A stretch of DNA of 64,000 nucleotides. Source: Candidatus Marinacidobacterium sp. (GTDB lineage Bacteria; Acidobacteriota; Vicinamibacteria; Marinacidobacterales; Marinacidobacteraceae). The translations under genes were made by a program, and so were the position numbers. Within the stretch, counting starts at the first letter, position 1, and each line of letters starts with the position of its first letter. The stretch spans positions 1,216,001-1,280,000 of the forward strand of contig OZ242011.1 in the NCBI GenBank assembly GCA_965204755.1. Direction: 5' to 3'. Below, in pieces: positions 29,262-38,180 of this stretch. The notes below the pieces were generated by a model. It was not told the DNA's origin, searched no databases, and worked only from the letters and a program-made list of their open reading frames with translations.

Positions 29262-30314
29262 GTGCAGCGGCCCCGCCGACCGAAGGCCGGTCAGACCCGA
29301 AGACCGCTCCCGGCGGCGCTGCCCGCCAAGGCCTTGGTCGCCGGGGCGCTGGCCGCGCTCGGCCTCGCTCCGGGCGCGCCCCGAAGCGAGGCGTACCGCC
29401 TCTACGACAACGGGGCCATCGACTATGTGGTCGCCTCGGACGAAGCCGTCCGTTGGGCGCCGAACATCTGGGGACCGGGCTCGAACCTGTCGTTCGGCGT
29501 CGCGGACTCCCCCGAATGGGCGGCGATCTTCGGTTCGACGGCGCAGTTCATCTCCGCGATCGAAGAGGGGCTCGCCCGGTGGGGGGACATCGAGACGGCG
29601 GATATCCGCTGGAGCGTTTCGGGAACGACGGGAACGCCGCAGGGCGCCTGGACGCGCGACGGGGCCAGCACCGTATTCCTCAACACCGCCGGGAACGAAT
29701 ACCAACGGGGCGCCGGCGTGTGGTTCGCGCGCGACCGGTCGCGCGCCGTCTGGGACATCACCGAATGCGACATCGGCGTCCCGCGGTCGTGGCGCTCCGA
29801 ACTCCAGGGCGGCGGGGGCCCCTTCGCCGCAGGTGAATTCAGCAAGTGGTTCGGCTACTGCCTCGGGCTGGGCGCCTCCGCCCGGCTGCCGTCCGCCCCG
29901 AGTCTGGACGGTTTCGGGACGCCGTGGACCCCGACCTCCGACCGGGACACCGGCGCCTCGCTCCTCCGCCCCCGGAGCGGCTGGCGCGAGTCCGTCGGCA
30001 GCATCTCCGGTTCGGTCGAGTCCGACGGCGAGCCGGTGTCCTACGCCCATGTCTGGGCGTTTCGGACGAACGGCTCGAACGGAGTCGGGAACCCGGTCGG
30101 AGCGTTCGCGAACCGCTCGGGCGCCTTCATGATCGAGGGGCTCCCGCCGGGCGACTATGTGCTGTGGGCCCACCCGATCAACGGCTACGACAATCGGCTG
30201 GCCGGCGCGGGGATCGTGGCCGATGTGAGGGACGCCGTCCTCGCGCTCCCGGTGACCGTCACCGCCGGAGGGACCGCCCGCGGACACCGAATCTCGATGC
30301 AGCGAGGCCGTTGA
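29262..30314 (+). CDS. Secreted matrixin-like pseudo-protease plus carboxypeptidase-regulatory-like domain (module 1, gene A1)
   Basis: Signal ending SEA-YRLYD; aligns by eye with the HExxH paralogues but has SKWFGYCLGLG in place of THELGHCLGLAH; C-terminal GSISG...GAFMIEGLPPGDYVLWAHP. Confidence 0.75.
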   Translation: MQRPRRPKAGQTRRPLPAALPAKALVAGALAALGLAPGAPRSEAYRLYDNGAIDYVVASDEAVRWAPNIWGPGSNLSFGVADSPEWAAIFGSTAQFISAIEEGLARWGDIETADIRWSVSGTTGTPQGAWTRDGASTVFLNTAGNEYQRGAGVWFARDRSRAVWDITECDIGVPRSWRSELQGGGGPFAAGEFSKWFGYCLGLGASARLPSAPSLDGFGTPWTPTSDRDTGASLLRPRSGWRESVGSISGSVESDGEPVSYAHVWAFRTNGSNGVGNPVGAFANRSGAFMIEGLPPGDYVLWAHPINGYDNRLAGAGIVADVRDAVLALPVTVTAGGTARGHRISMQRGR

Positions 30315-30319
30315 CCGGG

Positions 30320-30901
30320 ATGGCGTCCTTCCCTCCGCCCGGAGCGCGCGCCGCTCGGTTCCGCGGGCGCCGCGGCCGACCCGGTCCGCTCCTCCCGCTC
30401 CTTCTCGCGCTCCCGCTCGCCGGCGGCCTCCTCGGATGCGGCGATTCCACTTCGACGACGCCCGGCGGGCCTGACCCCGCCCCGCCGCCCGATCCGTCCG
30501 GCCCCTCGCCGCCCCCGACGCCGACGCGGCTGCCGGCGGTCATCGGCAACCCCTGTCCGGGAGTCGTCGTCCGAAGCGACCCGCCGACCGCGAGCGGCGA
30601 CACCGTGCTGGCGCAGCAACTCGTCATCGAATGGGAGAACCGCTCCGGCGGCGCCGCTTTCACTTGGGCCGGGCCCTACGAGGTCGTCCCGAACCCCGAC
30701 CCGGAACAACCACCGACGCTGGATGTCGCCCTCTTCGACTGGAGCGTCGAAACCACGGCGACGGTCACGCGGCACACCTTCGGAGTCGGCTGGCCGAGTT
30801 CGGCGGAACTCCGGCTCGACCTCGGTTCGGGCGGCGCCGGGTGCGAGACCCCCACCCTCGTTTGCGCCGCTAGCGGTTGCGAGTTGAGGCGGCGGTCGTG
30901 A
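30320..30901 (+). CDS. Lipoprotein with a Pro-rich linker and a 4-Cys beta domain (module 1, gene B1)
   Basis: Lipobox LAGGLLG-C; domain NPCPGV...RHTFGVGWP...GCETPTLVCAASGCELR. Confidence 0.75.
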   Translation: MASFPPPGARAARFRGRRGRPGPLLPLLLALPLAGGLLGCGDSTSTTPGGPDPAPPPDPSGPSPPPTPTRLPAVIGNPCPGVVVRSDPPTASGDTVLAQQLVIEWENRSGGAAFTWAGPYEVVPNPDPEQPPTLDVALFDWSVETTATVTRHTFGVGWPSSAELRLDLGSGGAGCETPTLVCAASGCELRRRS

Positions 30902-32550
30902 GACTTCGGCGCCTCACCGGGCGAGCCGGCCGGCGGGAGCGGGGCGCCCGGGCGGCCGACTTCCTCCGCCTCGGCCGGGTCGCGGCCGCGGCCGCCGGCG
31001 CCCTCCTCGCGCTCGGTTCCGCGGAGGCCTACCGGTTCTTCGCCGGGACGGACCGGGTCCAGCCCTTCCTCAGCGGAAGCCTCCGCGGCGCGGCGGACGC
31101 CGTGCGCTGGTCGTCGGAGAGTTGGGCCCCCGGCGCCACGCTGACCTGGGAGATCGCGTCGGATCCGGACTTCGCCGACCTGTTCGGCGGCGCGGACCGC
31201 GCGCTGCCGTACTTCCGGGAAGCGCTGGCCCAGTGGTCGGAGATCCCGAACGCCGACATCCGCTGGAGCGCCGCCTCGTCCGTCGGCGCGCCGGTCAACG
31301 ACGAAACCGAAGAAACGCTCCAGGACGGCCGCAACACTTTCTGGATCGACGGGGAGTCGGCGGCCGGGGGGTACGCCTCGCTGTGGGTGGAGCGCGGGGG
31401 CGCGGGCGAACCGTGGGAGTTGTTCGAGTGCGACTTCGCCCTCGGCAGTTGGGTCATCAACCCCCGGCAGGACGTCCTGGAAGAACTGCGGGCCGAAGCC
31501 GTGGCGGTGATCACCCACGAACTCGGCCATTGCCTCGGCCTGGCGCATGCCGCCTCGATGTCGGCCACCGGCCGGCGGCGGCAGGAACTCTTTCGCTCCG
31601 AAGAACAGCCCACGACCTACGAACACCCGTTCGACCCCTCCATGTCCTACGGCATCGCTCGCACGGAGCGGCCGTTCATCTCCGCGGACGACATCGTCGC
31701 CGCCTCGCTGCTGCGCCCGGCCCCCGGCTGGCGCGCGGGAACCGGGGAGATCTCCGGTTCGCTCCGCGCCGGCGGGGAACCCGCGCCGTGGGTCCACATC
31801 TGGGCGCTGCCGGTGGGCAGCGACGACCCGCTCTGGAATCGCGTCGGCGCATTCAGCGACGAGAACGGGGAGTTCGTGATCGAGGGGCTCGCCCCCGGCG
31901 AGTACTTCCTCTGGGCCCACCCGGTCGTGCGCCAGGCCGCCCACGGCCTGCTCCTGACGAACGGCGCCCCGGTGGACCTCGACGACACCCTGATGGGGTA
32001 TCCGGTCCGCGTGAGCGCGGGGCAAACCGCCGGCCCCGTCGCCTTCGCGATGCGCATCGGCCGCACCGGCCGGAGGCCGCCGGACCACGCTCGCGCGGCC
32101 GCGAGTCCGGGTTCCTCCATCGCCGGCGGGGCCTCACCCTGCACCGGGGTTCGCGTGAGCGCCACCGCGCCCTACCCGGCCGACGGCCCGCACGCCGCCA
32201 GCCAACCGGGCCAACTCCTCGGCGGCGACGCCTGGTTCACCAGCGAGTTGACGATGGAGTGGACGCCGGCGTCGGCCGGCGTCGCCGTCGACTGGACCGG
32301 CCTCTATCGCAACTGGCAGTACGAGTTCTTCCTGCAGCGCATCGTGTACATCACGCCCCCCCGCTCGGGTTCGCCCTTCATGGATCTCTCCCTCCCCCGC
32401 TGGGACGCGGAACGCGCGGGCGGCGGAGTGCGCCACACCGTGGAGGTCGTCTGGCCCGAGTCCGCGGAAGCCGGGCTCCGCTTCCGCGGCGGCAGTTGCC
32501 GCGGCGAGCGCACCGTGGTCTGCACCCGGAACGGCTGCGGCCTCAGGTAG
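30898..32550 (+). CDS. Secreted matrixin-family zinc metalloprotease plus carboxypeptidase-regulatory-like domain and 4-Cys domain (module 1, gene C1)
   Basis: HELGHCLGLAH, Met-turn DPSMSYG, GEFVIEGLAPGEYFLWAHP, C-terminal SPCTGV...VVCTRNGCGLR; GTGA overlap with B1. Confidence 0.85.
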   Translation: MRLRRLTGRAGRRERGARAADFLRLGRVAAAAAGALLALGSAEAYRFFAGTDRVQPFLSGSLRGAADAVRWSSESWAPGATLTWEIASDPDFADLFGGADRALPYFREALAQWSEIPNADIRWSAASSVGAPVNDETEETLQDGRNTFWIDGESAAGGYASLWVERGGAGEPWELFECDFALGSWVINPRQDVLEELRAEAVAVITHELGHCLGLAHAASMSATGRRRQELFRSEEQPTTYEHPFDPSMSYGIARTERPFISADDIVAASLLRPAPGWRAGTGEISGSLRAGGEPAPWVHIWALPVGSDDPLWNRVGAFSDENGEFVIEGLAPGEYFLWAHPVVRQAAHGLLLTNGAPVDLDDTLMGYPVRVSAGQTAGPVAFAMRIGRTGRRPPDHARAAASPGSSIAGGASPCTGVRVSATAPYPADGPHAASQPGQLLGGDAWFTSELTMEWTPASAGVAVDWTGLYRNWQYEFFLQRIVYITPPRSGSPFMDLSLPRWDAERAGGGVRHTVEVVWPESAEAGLRFRGGSCRGERTVVCTRNGCGLR

Positions 32551-32664
32551 CCGGAACCCCGGAGTTCGGTCGGCTTCATGGCGCGCCGACGGGTCGCCGA
32601 CCACCATCGGTCGGACGCCGCCGCGCCGGCCGGGGTTCGCCTTGGCGTCGGTAGAGTCCCGCCC

Positions 32665-33801
32665 ATGCGAGCGGAGGCGTCATCGCCGGGCGGGCGGAGG
32701 CGGATCCGCTTCCCCGGCTCGCTTTCATCCCCGCGCCCCGCCACGCGGGCGGCGGCCGCCCTGCTGGCGGCGGCGGTCGGCGCAGGCGCCTTCGGCCCCG
32801 CCGAGGCCTACCGCCTCTACGACCATGGCGCGGCGGACTCGGTGGTGACTTCCGCCGAGGCGATCGCCTGGGCGCCGGAAGTCTGGGGCCCCGGCGCGGA
32901 ACTCGAGTGGCGGAGGGAAGACCAGCCGGAGTGGGAAGCGGCGTTCGGCTCCGCCGACCGGGCCGGGGCGGTCATCGCAAGGGCCCTGGGCGCCTGGTCC
33001 GCCATTCCCGGCGCCGACATCCGGTGGTCGGAGGCGGCAACGGCGGCGCCGTTCATGGGGCGGTGGAACCGAGACGCCTCGAACCGGGTGTTCTTCTCCG
33101 CCGCCGGGTACGTAGGCGCCGGCGTCTGGTTCTCCCGCAGCCGGACCCGGCAGGTCTGGGAGATCAGCGAATGCGATGTGGCCCTGCCGTCGTCCTTGAC
33201 CCAGGACGGCCGGGATCCCGAGACTCTGGAGTCGCTCGCGATCGAAGCGCTCGCAGAGGCTTTCGGCGCTTGCCTGGGCCTCGGGTCTTCGGCCGAACCG
33301 CCGACCTCGGCGTCGGTCCGCGCGGCGGAACCGGAGACCGACGACCCGACCTCCCGCCTCACCGGTTTCCTGAGCGGCCCCCAAGTCGAGCGTCCGCTCT
33401 GGAGATCCCGATACGACCATGCCGTCGGCGCTTCGCTCCTGCGCCCCCGCGCCGGATGGCTGGAGACCGTCGGCAGCATCTCCGGCGCCCTGGAAGCCGA
33501 GGGGGCGCCGCTGGCCTACGCCCATGTCTGGGCCTTCCCGATCGGGGAAGGCGGTTTGACCGATCCGGTGGGCGCGTTCAGCAATCGCGCCGGCGAGTTC
33601 ATGATCGAGGGCCTGCGGCCCGGCCGCTACCTCCTCTGGGCTCATCCGATCAACGCGGACCTGCACCGGCTGCTCGGCGCCGGCGGCCGGACGGAGGTGA
33701 ACGACACTCTCCGGATGCTCCCGGTCCCGGTGGCTGCCGGGGAAGCGACCGGCGGCATCGTCCTCACGCTCGAACCGAACCGCGCGGCCCCATGGCGATG
33801 A
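32665..33801 (+). CDS. Secreted matrixin-like pseudo-protease (module 2, gene A2)
   Basis: AEA-YRLYD; zinc motif replaced by AEAFGACLGLG; clear paralogue of A1 (GASLLRP..GW...VGSISG, YAHVWAF); start 32665 or 32578. Confidence 0.75.
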   Translation: MRAEASSPGGRRRIRFPGSLSSPRPATRAAAALLAAAVGAGAFGPAEAYRLYDHGAADSVVTSAEAIAWAPEVWGPGAELEWRREDQPEWEAAFGSADRAGAVIARALGAWSAIPGADIRWSEAATAAPFMGRWNRDASNRVFFSAAGYVGAGVWFSRSRTRQVWEISECDVALPSSLTQDGRDPETLESLAIEALAEAFGACLGLGSSAEPPTSASVRAAEPETDDPTSRLTGFLSGPQVERPLWRSRYDHAVGASLLRPRAGWLETVGSISGALEAEGAPLAYAHVWAFPIGEGGLTDPVGAFSNRAGEFMIEGLRPGRYLLWAHPINADLHRLLGAGGRTEVNDTLRMLPVPVAAGEATGGIVLTLEPNRAAPWR

Positions 33802-34433
33802 CTGTTCCGATGACCGCCCCGAAACCGCGCCGGGCTTGGCCCGGGCGCCCCGGCGAGGCCTGCTCCCGACGCGGAACCCCCGACGCCGCCGCGCTGCTCG
33901 CCGCGTTCACGATCGCCGCCGGCTCGGCGGGGGCCCTCTCCTGCGGCGGCGAGTCGGGAACCGCCCCGGTCCCGGCCGCCGCCGGCGTCGCCCCGACGAC
34001 CCCGGCGCCGCCGTCGCCGGAACCACCGGCGCCGGAACCCGAACCGCCGCCGCCCGAACCGCCGGCGCTCCTGGGGAGCCCCTGCTACGGCGTCTCGGCG
34101 AGCGCGAACGCGCCCCGGCAGGTGGACGACTGGAATCGCGTGACGGTGGTCCTCGACTGGGACGACGCCGCATTCGCCGAGGGCTTCGAATGGGTCTCTC
34201 CGTACTTCGACTTCTCCCCCGGCAACTACGACGCGCGCGCAGCGCCGCCGGCCCTGGAGATGAGCCTCATGGGATGGGAAACGGCGCCGGTCGCGCCGAC
34301 GGTGACCCGCCACACGCTCGATCTCCTGTGGCCGCCGTTCCGCGAAGTCGGCATGCGGCTTCGTTCCGCCCGGGACGCCTGTCCCCTCCCGCTCCTGGTC
34401 TGCAGCGCCGAGGGCTGCGAACTCCGACCATGA
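33798..34433 (+). CDS. Lipoprotein with a Pro-rich linker and a 4-Cys beta domain (module 2, gene B2)
   Basis: Lipobox AGALS-C; SPCYGV...RHTLDLLWP...ACPLPLLVCSAEGCELRP; ATGA overlaps on both sides. Confidence 0.75.
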   Translation: MTVPMTAPKPRRAWPGRPGEACSRRGTPDAAALLAAFTIAAGSAGALSCGGESGTAPVPAAAGVAPTTPAPPSPEPPAPEPEPPPPEPPALLGSPCYGVSASANAPRQVDDWNRVTVVLDWDDAAFAEGFEWVSPYFDFSPGNYDARAAPPALEMSLMGWETAPVAPTVTRHTLDLLWPPFREVGMRLRSARDACPLPLLVCSAEGCELRP

Positions 34434-36037
34434 CCCGGGCATTCGCGCACCCTCGCCGGTCGGCGGCGCTCGGTTGGGCGGCGGCGGCGGTCCTGGCCGC
34501 CGGGTCCGCGGAGGCGTACCGGTTCTTCGACTCCCGGGGCGAAGACGCGCCGCTCCGGAGTTGGCGGCTCGTCGGCGCCGACGAGGCGCTCCGCTGGTCG
34601 GCGGCCGCCTGGGGGCCGGGGGCCGCGCTGGTTTGGGAGGTGGCGCCGGATCCGGACTTCGAGGGCCTCTTCGGCGGGGCGTCCGGTGTCCTTCCGCACC
34701 TGCAGCGGGCTCTCGCCTCCTGGTCGGGTCTCCCCTCGACGGACATCACCTGGACCGCCTCCCTCCCCGACGAAGCGAACCACGAGTTCGCGGAGGCGGA
34801 CGGCCGCAACACCTTCTTCCTCGACGCCGAGTCCGGCGCCGGCGGCTACGCCGCGCTTTGGAGCCGGAGGAACGAGGAGGACCTCTGGGAACTCGTCGAA
34901 TGCGACTTCACGCTCGGGAGTTGGGCCGCGCGGCCCCGGCAGGACGCCCGCGACGAGACGCGCCGTCTCGCTTCGGCTGTCGCGACGATCGTCCACGAAC
35001 TCGGCCACTGCATCGGGCTCGCCCACGCCGGCACGCTGTCCCTGCTGGGGCGGCGCGGACAGCCGGTGCTGGGCCACCGGATCCAACCGGTGGAACTCAT
35101 CCATCCCCGGGATCCGGCGATGTCCTACGGCCGCTCCCAGCGGGACCCCGCGGCCGTGCCCGACGACGACGCGGTCGGCGCTTCCCTGCTCCGCCCCGCG
35201 GCCGGCTGGTGGCCGCGAACCGGGTCGATCTACGGGAGGCTCCACACCGACGGCGACCCGGCGCCCTGGGTCCAGGTATGGGCCGCGCCGACCGGAAGCG
35301 ACCATCCGCTCCGTGACCGCGTCGGCGTGTTCACCGACGAACGGGGGCAGTTCCGCCTCGAAGGGCTCCCCCCGGGGGACTACCTGCTCTGGGCGCACCC
35401 GCTGGTGTCAAAGGATGCCCACTTCCTGCTGGGCGCGAACGGCGCGCCGCTCGACCTCGACGACACCGTGCTGGGGCGCCCGGTGCGGGTGCGCGCCGGG
35501 CAGTACGCGACCGGGGTCGAGATCCCGCTGCGCATCGGCCGCGAGAGCCGGCCGCTCCCGGACGCTCCGCCTCCGGCCGGGCCGGCGCCGCTCCTGCCCG
35601 CCGACGGTTGGAGCGTTCCCTGCCCCGGGATCCGCGTCCGCGCCGGGCGCCCCTACCCGGCGGACGGCCCCCACGGCGCGTCCGAGCCGGACCCCGGCAT
35701 CGGCGGCGATGTCTGGTTGACGACCGAGTTGGTCGTCGAGTGGGCGGCGGACGCCGAGGGCGTCGTCTTCGACTGGGCCGGGCTCTATCGGGACTGGCGG
35801 GTGCCCTACTGGCGCCGGAGGCCCATCCGGGAAGCGCCGCCGCGCGCCGGGGCGCCCTACTTCGACCTCGCCATCCCCGAATGGGAGGTGGCGGAAGCCG
35901 GGGAGACCGTCCGCCACACGCTGGTGGTGGACTGGCCGGAATCCGCCGAGGCGGGCCTCCGCTTCCGGTCGGCGTCCGGCGCATGCGGCGACCGCCCGAC
36001 CTTCGTCTGCCGCGCCGACGGCTGCGGCCTCCGGTAA
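34430..36037 (+). CDS. Secreted matrixin-family zinc metalloprotease plus carboxypeptidase-regulatory-like domain and 4-Cys domain (module 2, gene C2)
   Basis: HELGHCIGLAH, DPAMSYG, GQFRLEGLPPGDYLLWAHP, VPCPGI...FVCRADGCGLR; start ATG 34430. Confidence 0.85.
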   Translation: MTRAFAHPRRSAALGWAAAAVLAAGSAEAYRFFDSRGEDAPLRSWRLVGADEALRWSAAAWGPGAALVWEVAPDPDFEGLFGGASGVLPHLQRALASWSGLPSTDITWTASLPDEANHEFAEADGRNTFFLDAESGAGGYAALWSRRNEEDLWELVECDFTLGSWAARPRQDARDETRRLASAVATIVHELGHCIGLAHAGTLSLLGRRGQPVLGHRIQPVELIHPRDPAMSYGRSQRDPAAVPDDDAVGASLLRPAAGWWPRTGSIYGRLHTDGDPAPWVQVWAAPTGSDHPLRDRVGVFTDERGQFRLEGLPPGDYLLWAHPLVSKDAHFLLGANGAPLDLDDTVLGRPVRVRAGQYATGVEIPLRIGRESRPLPDAPPPAGPAPLLPADGWSVPCPGIRVRAGRPYPADGPHGASEPDPGIGGDVWLTTELVVEWAADAEGVVFDWAGLYRDWRVPYWRRRPIREAPPRAGAPYFDLAIPEWEVAEAGETVRHTLVVDWPESAEAGLRFRSASGACGDRPTFVCRADGCGLR

Positions 36038-36528
36038 CCGCGAAGACCACGCGCGCGGCCCGCCGGACGGCGAGCCTTCGATCTCGGCGATCCCTCCGGG
36101 GGTCCGCGCCGAATGGCCCGACGCGGCCGGGCGACGGGCGAGTGGTTACGATGCCGGCATGTCGGCGGTACGCCTGCGCAGAGTGGCCGCGGAGGTCGCC
36201 GAGGCGCTGAGGCGCCTCGCCGCCCGGCGCCACCGGTCGTCGCCGGGACGGGCGCTCCGGCTCATCACCGTTCGGACCGGCCGCTCTTCGTCCTGGAGTC
36301 GCGAGGAGATCTACGGCCCCGACGCGCGGTGAAGTCCGGTTCCCGGACGCAGTTGACCGCGACCGACGAATCCCGCGGGTTCGGCGCCGCCCGGCCCCTC
36401 CGGGCGTTCGACGCGCTGCGGCCCTTCGCCGGGCGGGCAGCCCCGCCCCGGCAACTCCCGCGCGGGGCGGAGAGGCGGGGGCGCGGTATTCTCACCGGCC
36501 GCCCCGCGAACGAATCAGGAGACCGGAG

Positions 36529-36978
36529 ATGGCCGCCGCCGAGAAGCCGAAGACCCTCAAGGACATCTGGTCCGAGCACAAACCCGACTTCTACCGGGAT
36601 GTGTATGCGAACCAGATGGAACTCCTGCTCGCGCACCTGAACAGCGAGCGGGCGCGGCAGTTGGCGGCCCGGCGAAAGGCGCGGCTCGGCGGCGGCGAGA
36701 ACGCGCGCCCGCCGGCGGTGTGCATCACCATGACGGCGGAACAGGTGCTCGACCTGCTGGGTCTCAAGGAGGAACAGTGGGAAGTCGTCGCCGACATGCT
36801 CCACGGCCTGAGCGAGTGTTCTCCGGCGGAGGTGCCGGAGGAAGTGAGCCGCGCCCGCTGCTTCCACCCGCTCTCGCTGGTCTCCGCCCCGAAGGATTTC
36901 GGCTCCGGCTCGGACCCGGTCCAGTTCATGGGCGCCGCCCTCGACCCGACCGCCGGCGAGGAGTCCCCGCCGGACTGA
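36529..36978 (+). CDS. Hypothetical cytoplasmic protein
   Basis: 149-aa ORF with AGGAG upstream of ATG, host-like codon usage, non-shadow composition. Confidence 0.65.
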   Translation: MAAAEKPKTLKDIWSEHKPDFYRDVYANQMELLLAHLNSERARQLAARRKARLGGGENARPPAVCITMTAEQVLDLLGLKEEQWEVVADMLHGLSECSPAEVPEEVSRARCFHPLSLVSAPKDFGSGSDPVQFMGAALDPTAGEESPPD

Positions 36979-37041
36979 AGCCCCGGATTCGGGCGGGAGC
37001 GCCGGCCCTTCTCCGGGCGGCGCCGGGTCAGGCCCCGGGGG

Positions 37042-37707
37042 TTACCGGGGCCGCTGCGCAGCCAGCCGGCGGACGGCGGTGGCCAAGCCCTCCAGGTCGC
37101 TGATCTGACTGGCCGCGCCGCCGGCCCCCTCCGAGAGCGCGAACCCGGGCAGGATCAACTCCTGCCCGTCGTCCCCCTCGCGGAGGTGGCGCTTTCCGGC
37201 TTCGCCGGCCACGACTCGTGGGAGCCGGCCGCTCTCGCCGGCGAGGAACACCAGCGCCCGCTCCCCCACCGAGAACCGCGGCGAGTGCGTGACCATCAGC
37301 CGCGTGTCACCGACGGTGCCGCCCGGAATCCGGAACCGCACCAGCGACTCGCCGCGGCCCTTGAACCGCCGATCGGTCCGCAGGGTGACCGTCGTGAAGA
37401 TCTGGCGGCGGTCCGGCGTCCAATCGGACCGCATGTCCAGGACTTCCCCGGCGACCACGGTCTGCGCGCGATCGAGGAGTTCCGGCAGGGACGGCGGCGC
37501 GTAGAGGCTCCGCACGCCCTCTCCGGCCACCGGCGCGCCGCCGTGGCGGTGCGGCCCCTGCTGCGCGGGCGGTTCGGCGCCCGACGCCGCGGGGAGCAGG
37601 AGCGCTCCGAAGGCCAGCCCCGCCCCCGCGGCGACCGGCAGAACACCCAAGCGACGGGCCGTGTTCCACGGCGCGGCGAAACGCCGCTCACCAGCGATTC
37701 CAGTCAT
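37042..37707 (-). CDS. Secreted hypothetical protein (OB-fold-like domain often seen at the N-terminus of acidobacterial secreted proteases)
   Basis: Signal peptide; SLPELLDRAQTVVAGEV...IFTTVTL...FKG...PGGTVGD...PRFSVGERALVFL. Confidence 0.7.
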   Translation of the reverse strand: MTGIAGERRFAAPWNTARRLGVLPVAAGAGLAFGALLLPAASGAEPPAQQGPHRHGGAPVAGEGVRSLYAPPSLPELLDRAQTVVAGEVLDMRSDWTPDRRQIFTTVTLRTDRRFKGRGESLVRFRIPGGTVGDTRLMVTHSPRFSVGERALVFLAGESGRLPRVVAGEAGKRHLREGDDGQELILPGFALSEGAGGAASQISDLEGLATAVRRLAAQRPR

Positions 37708-37912
37708 ACCGGCAAGGATACATCGGCGGCCCGCTCCGCGGGCGGCTCTGGGTCCGCCGCCGGCTCTCGGTCCGCCGCGAGGCCCCGCCCGTCGGGAAAG
37801 GTCGAGGGCGGACCGCCGGTCGCGCCGCCGCGCCGCGCGCCGGGCGGCCTTCCTTTCATCGCCGGCGCTCCGCGCGCCCGGGACGCGCCGATGACGCCGG
37901 CGTCCGCCCCGG

Positions 37913-38145
37913 CAGCCCGTGGAGAATGTCCGGAGAGCCCCTGGTCGGCGCGAAGCGCCGACCAGGGAGGGGTGCCGGGAGGAGGCGGCCCCCCGTGAAA
38001 GATCGCGGGGGAATCGCGCAGCGATTCGCGCCGCCGGCCCGGGGGAAGAGCGCCCCGCCGCGAAACCGAACGCGGACTCGGCGCCCTCGCGTCATGGAGT
38101 GGACGGCGGGGCGAGTGGACGGCGGGGCGCTCTTTCCACGCGCCG
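37913..38145. mobile_element. MITE-like element, copy 2 (degenerate right end, internal 16-bp tandem duplication)
   Basis: Colinear with 847-1070 (cagcccgtggagaa...tctttccacg); GAGTGGACGGCGGGGC duplicated at about 38097-38128. Confidence 0.8.
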
Positions 38146-38180
38146 CCAAGGCGGGCGCCCCCCTATACTCCGCCCCCACC

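Noticed and set aside
36040-36520. Possible ncRNA or riboswitch in long GC-rich intergenic regions (also 6490-6870, 21210-21350, 60250-60650)
   Set aside because: No recognisable conserved motif; GC-rich hairpins arise by chance. An Rfam/Infernal scan is needed.
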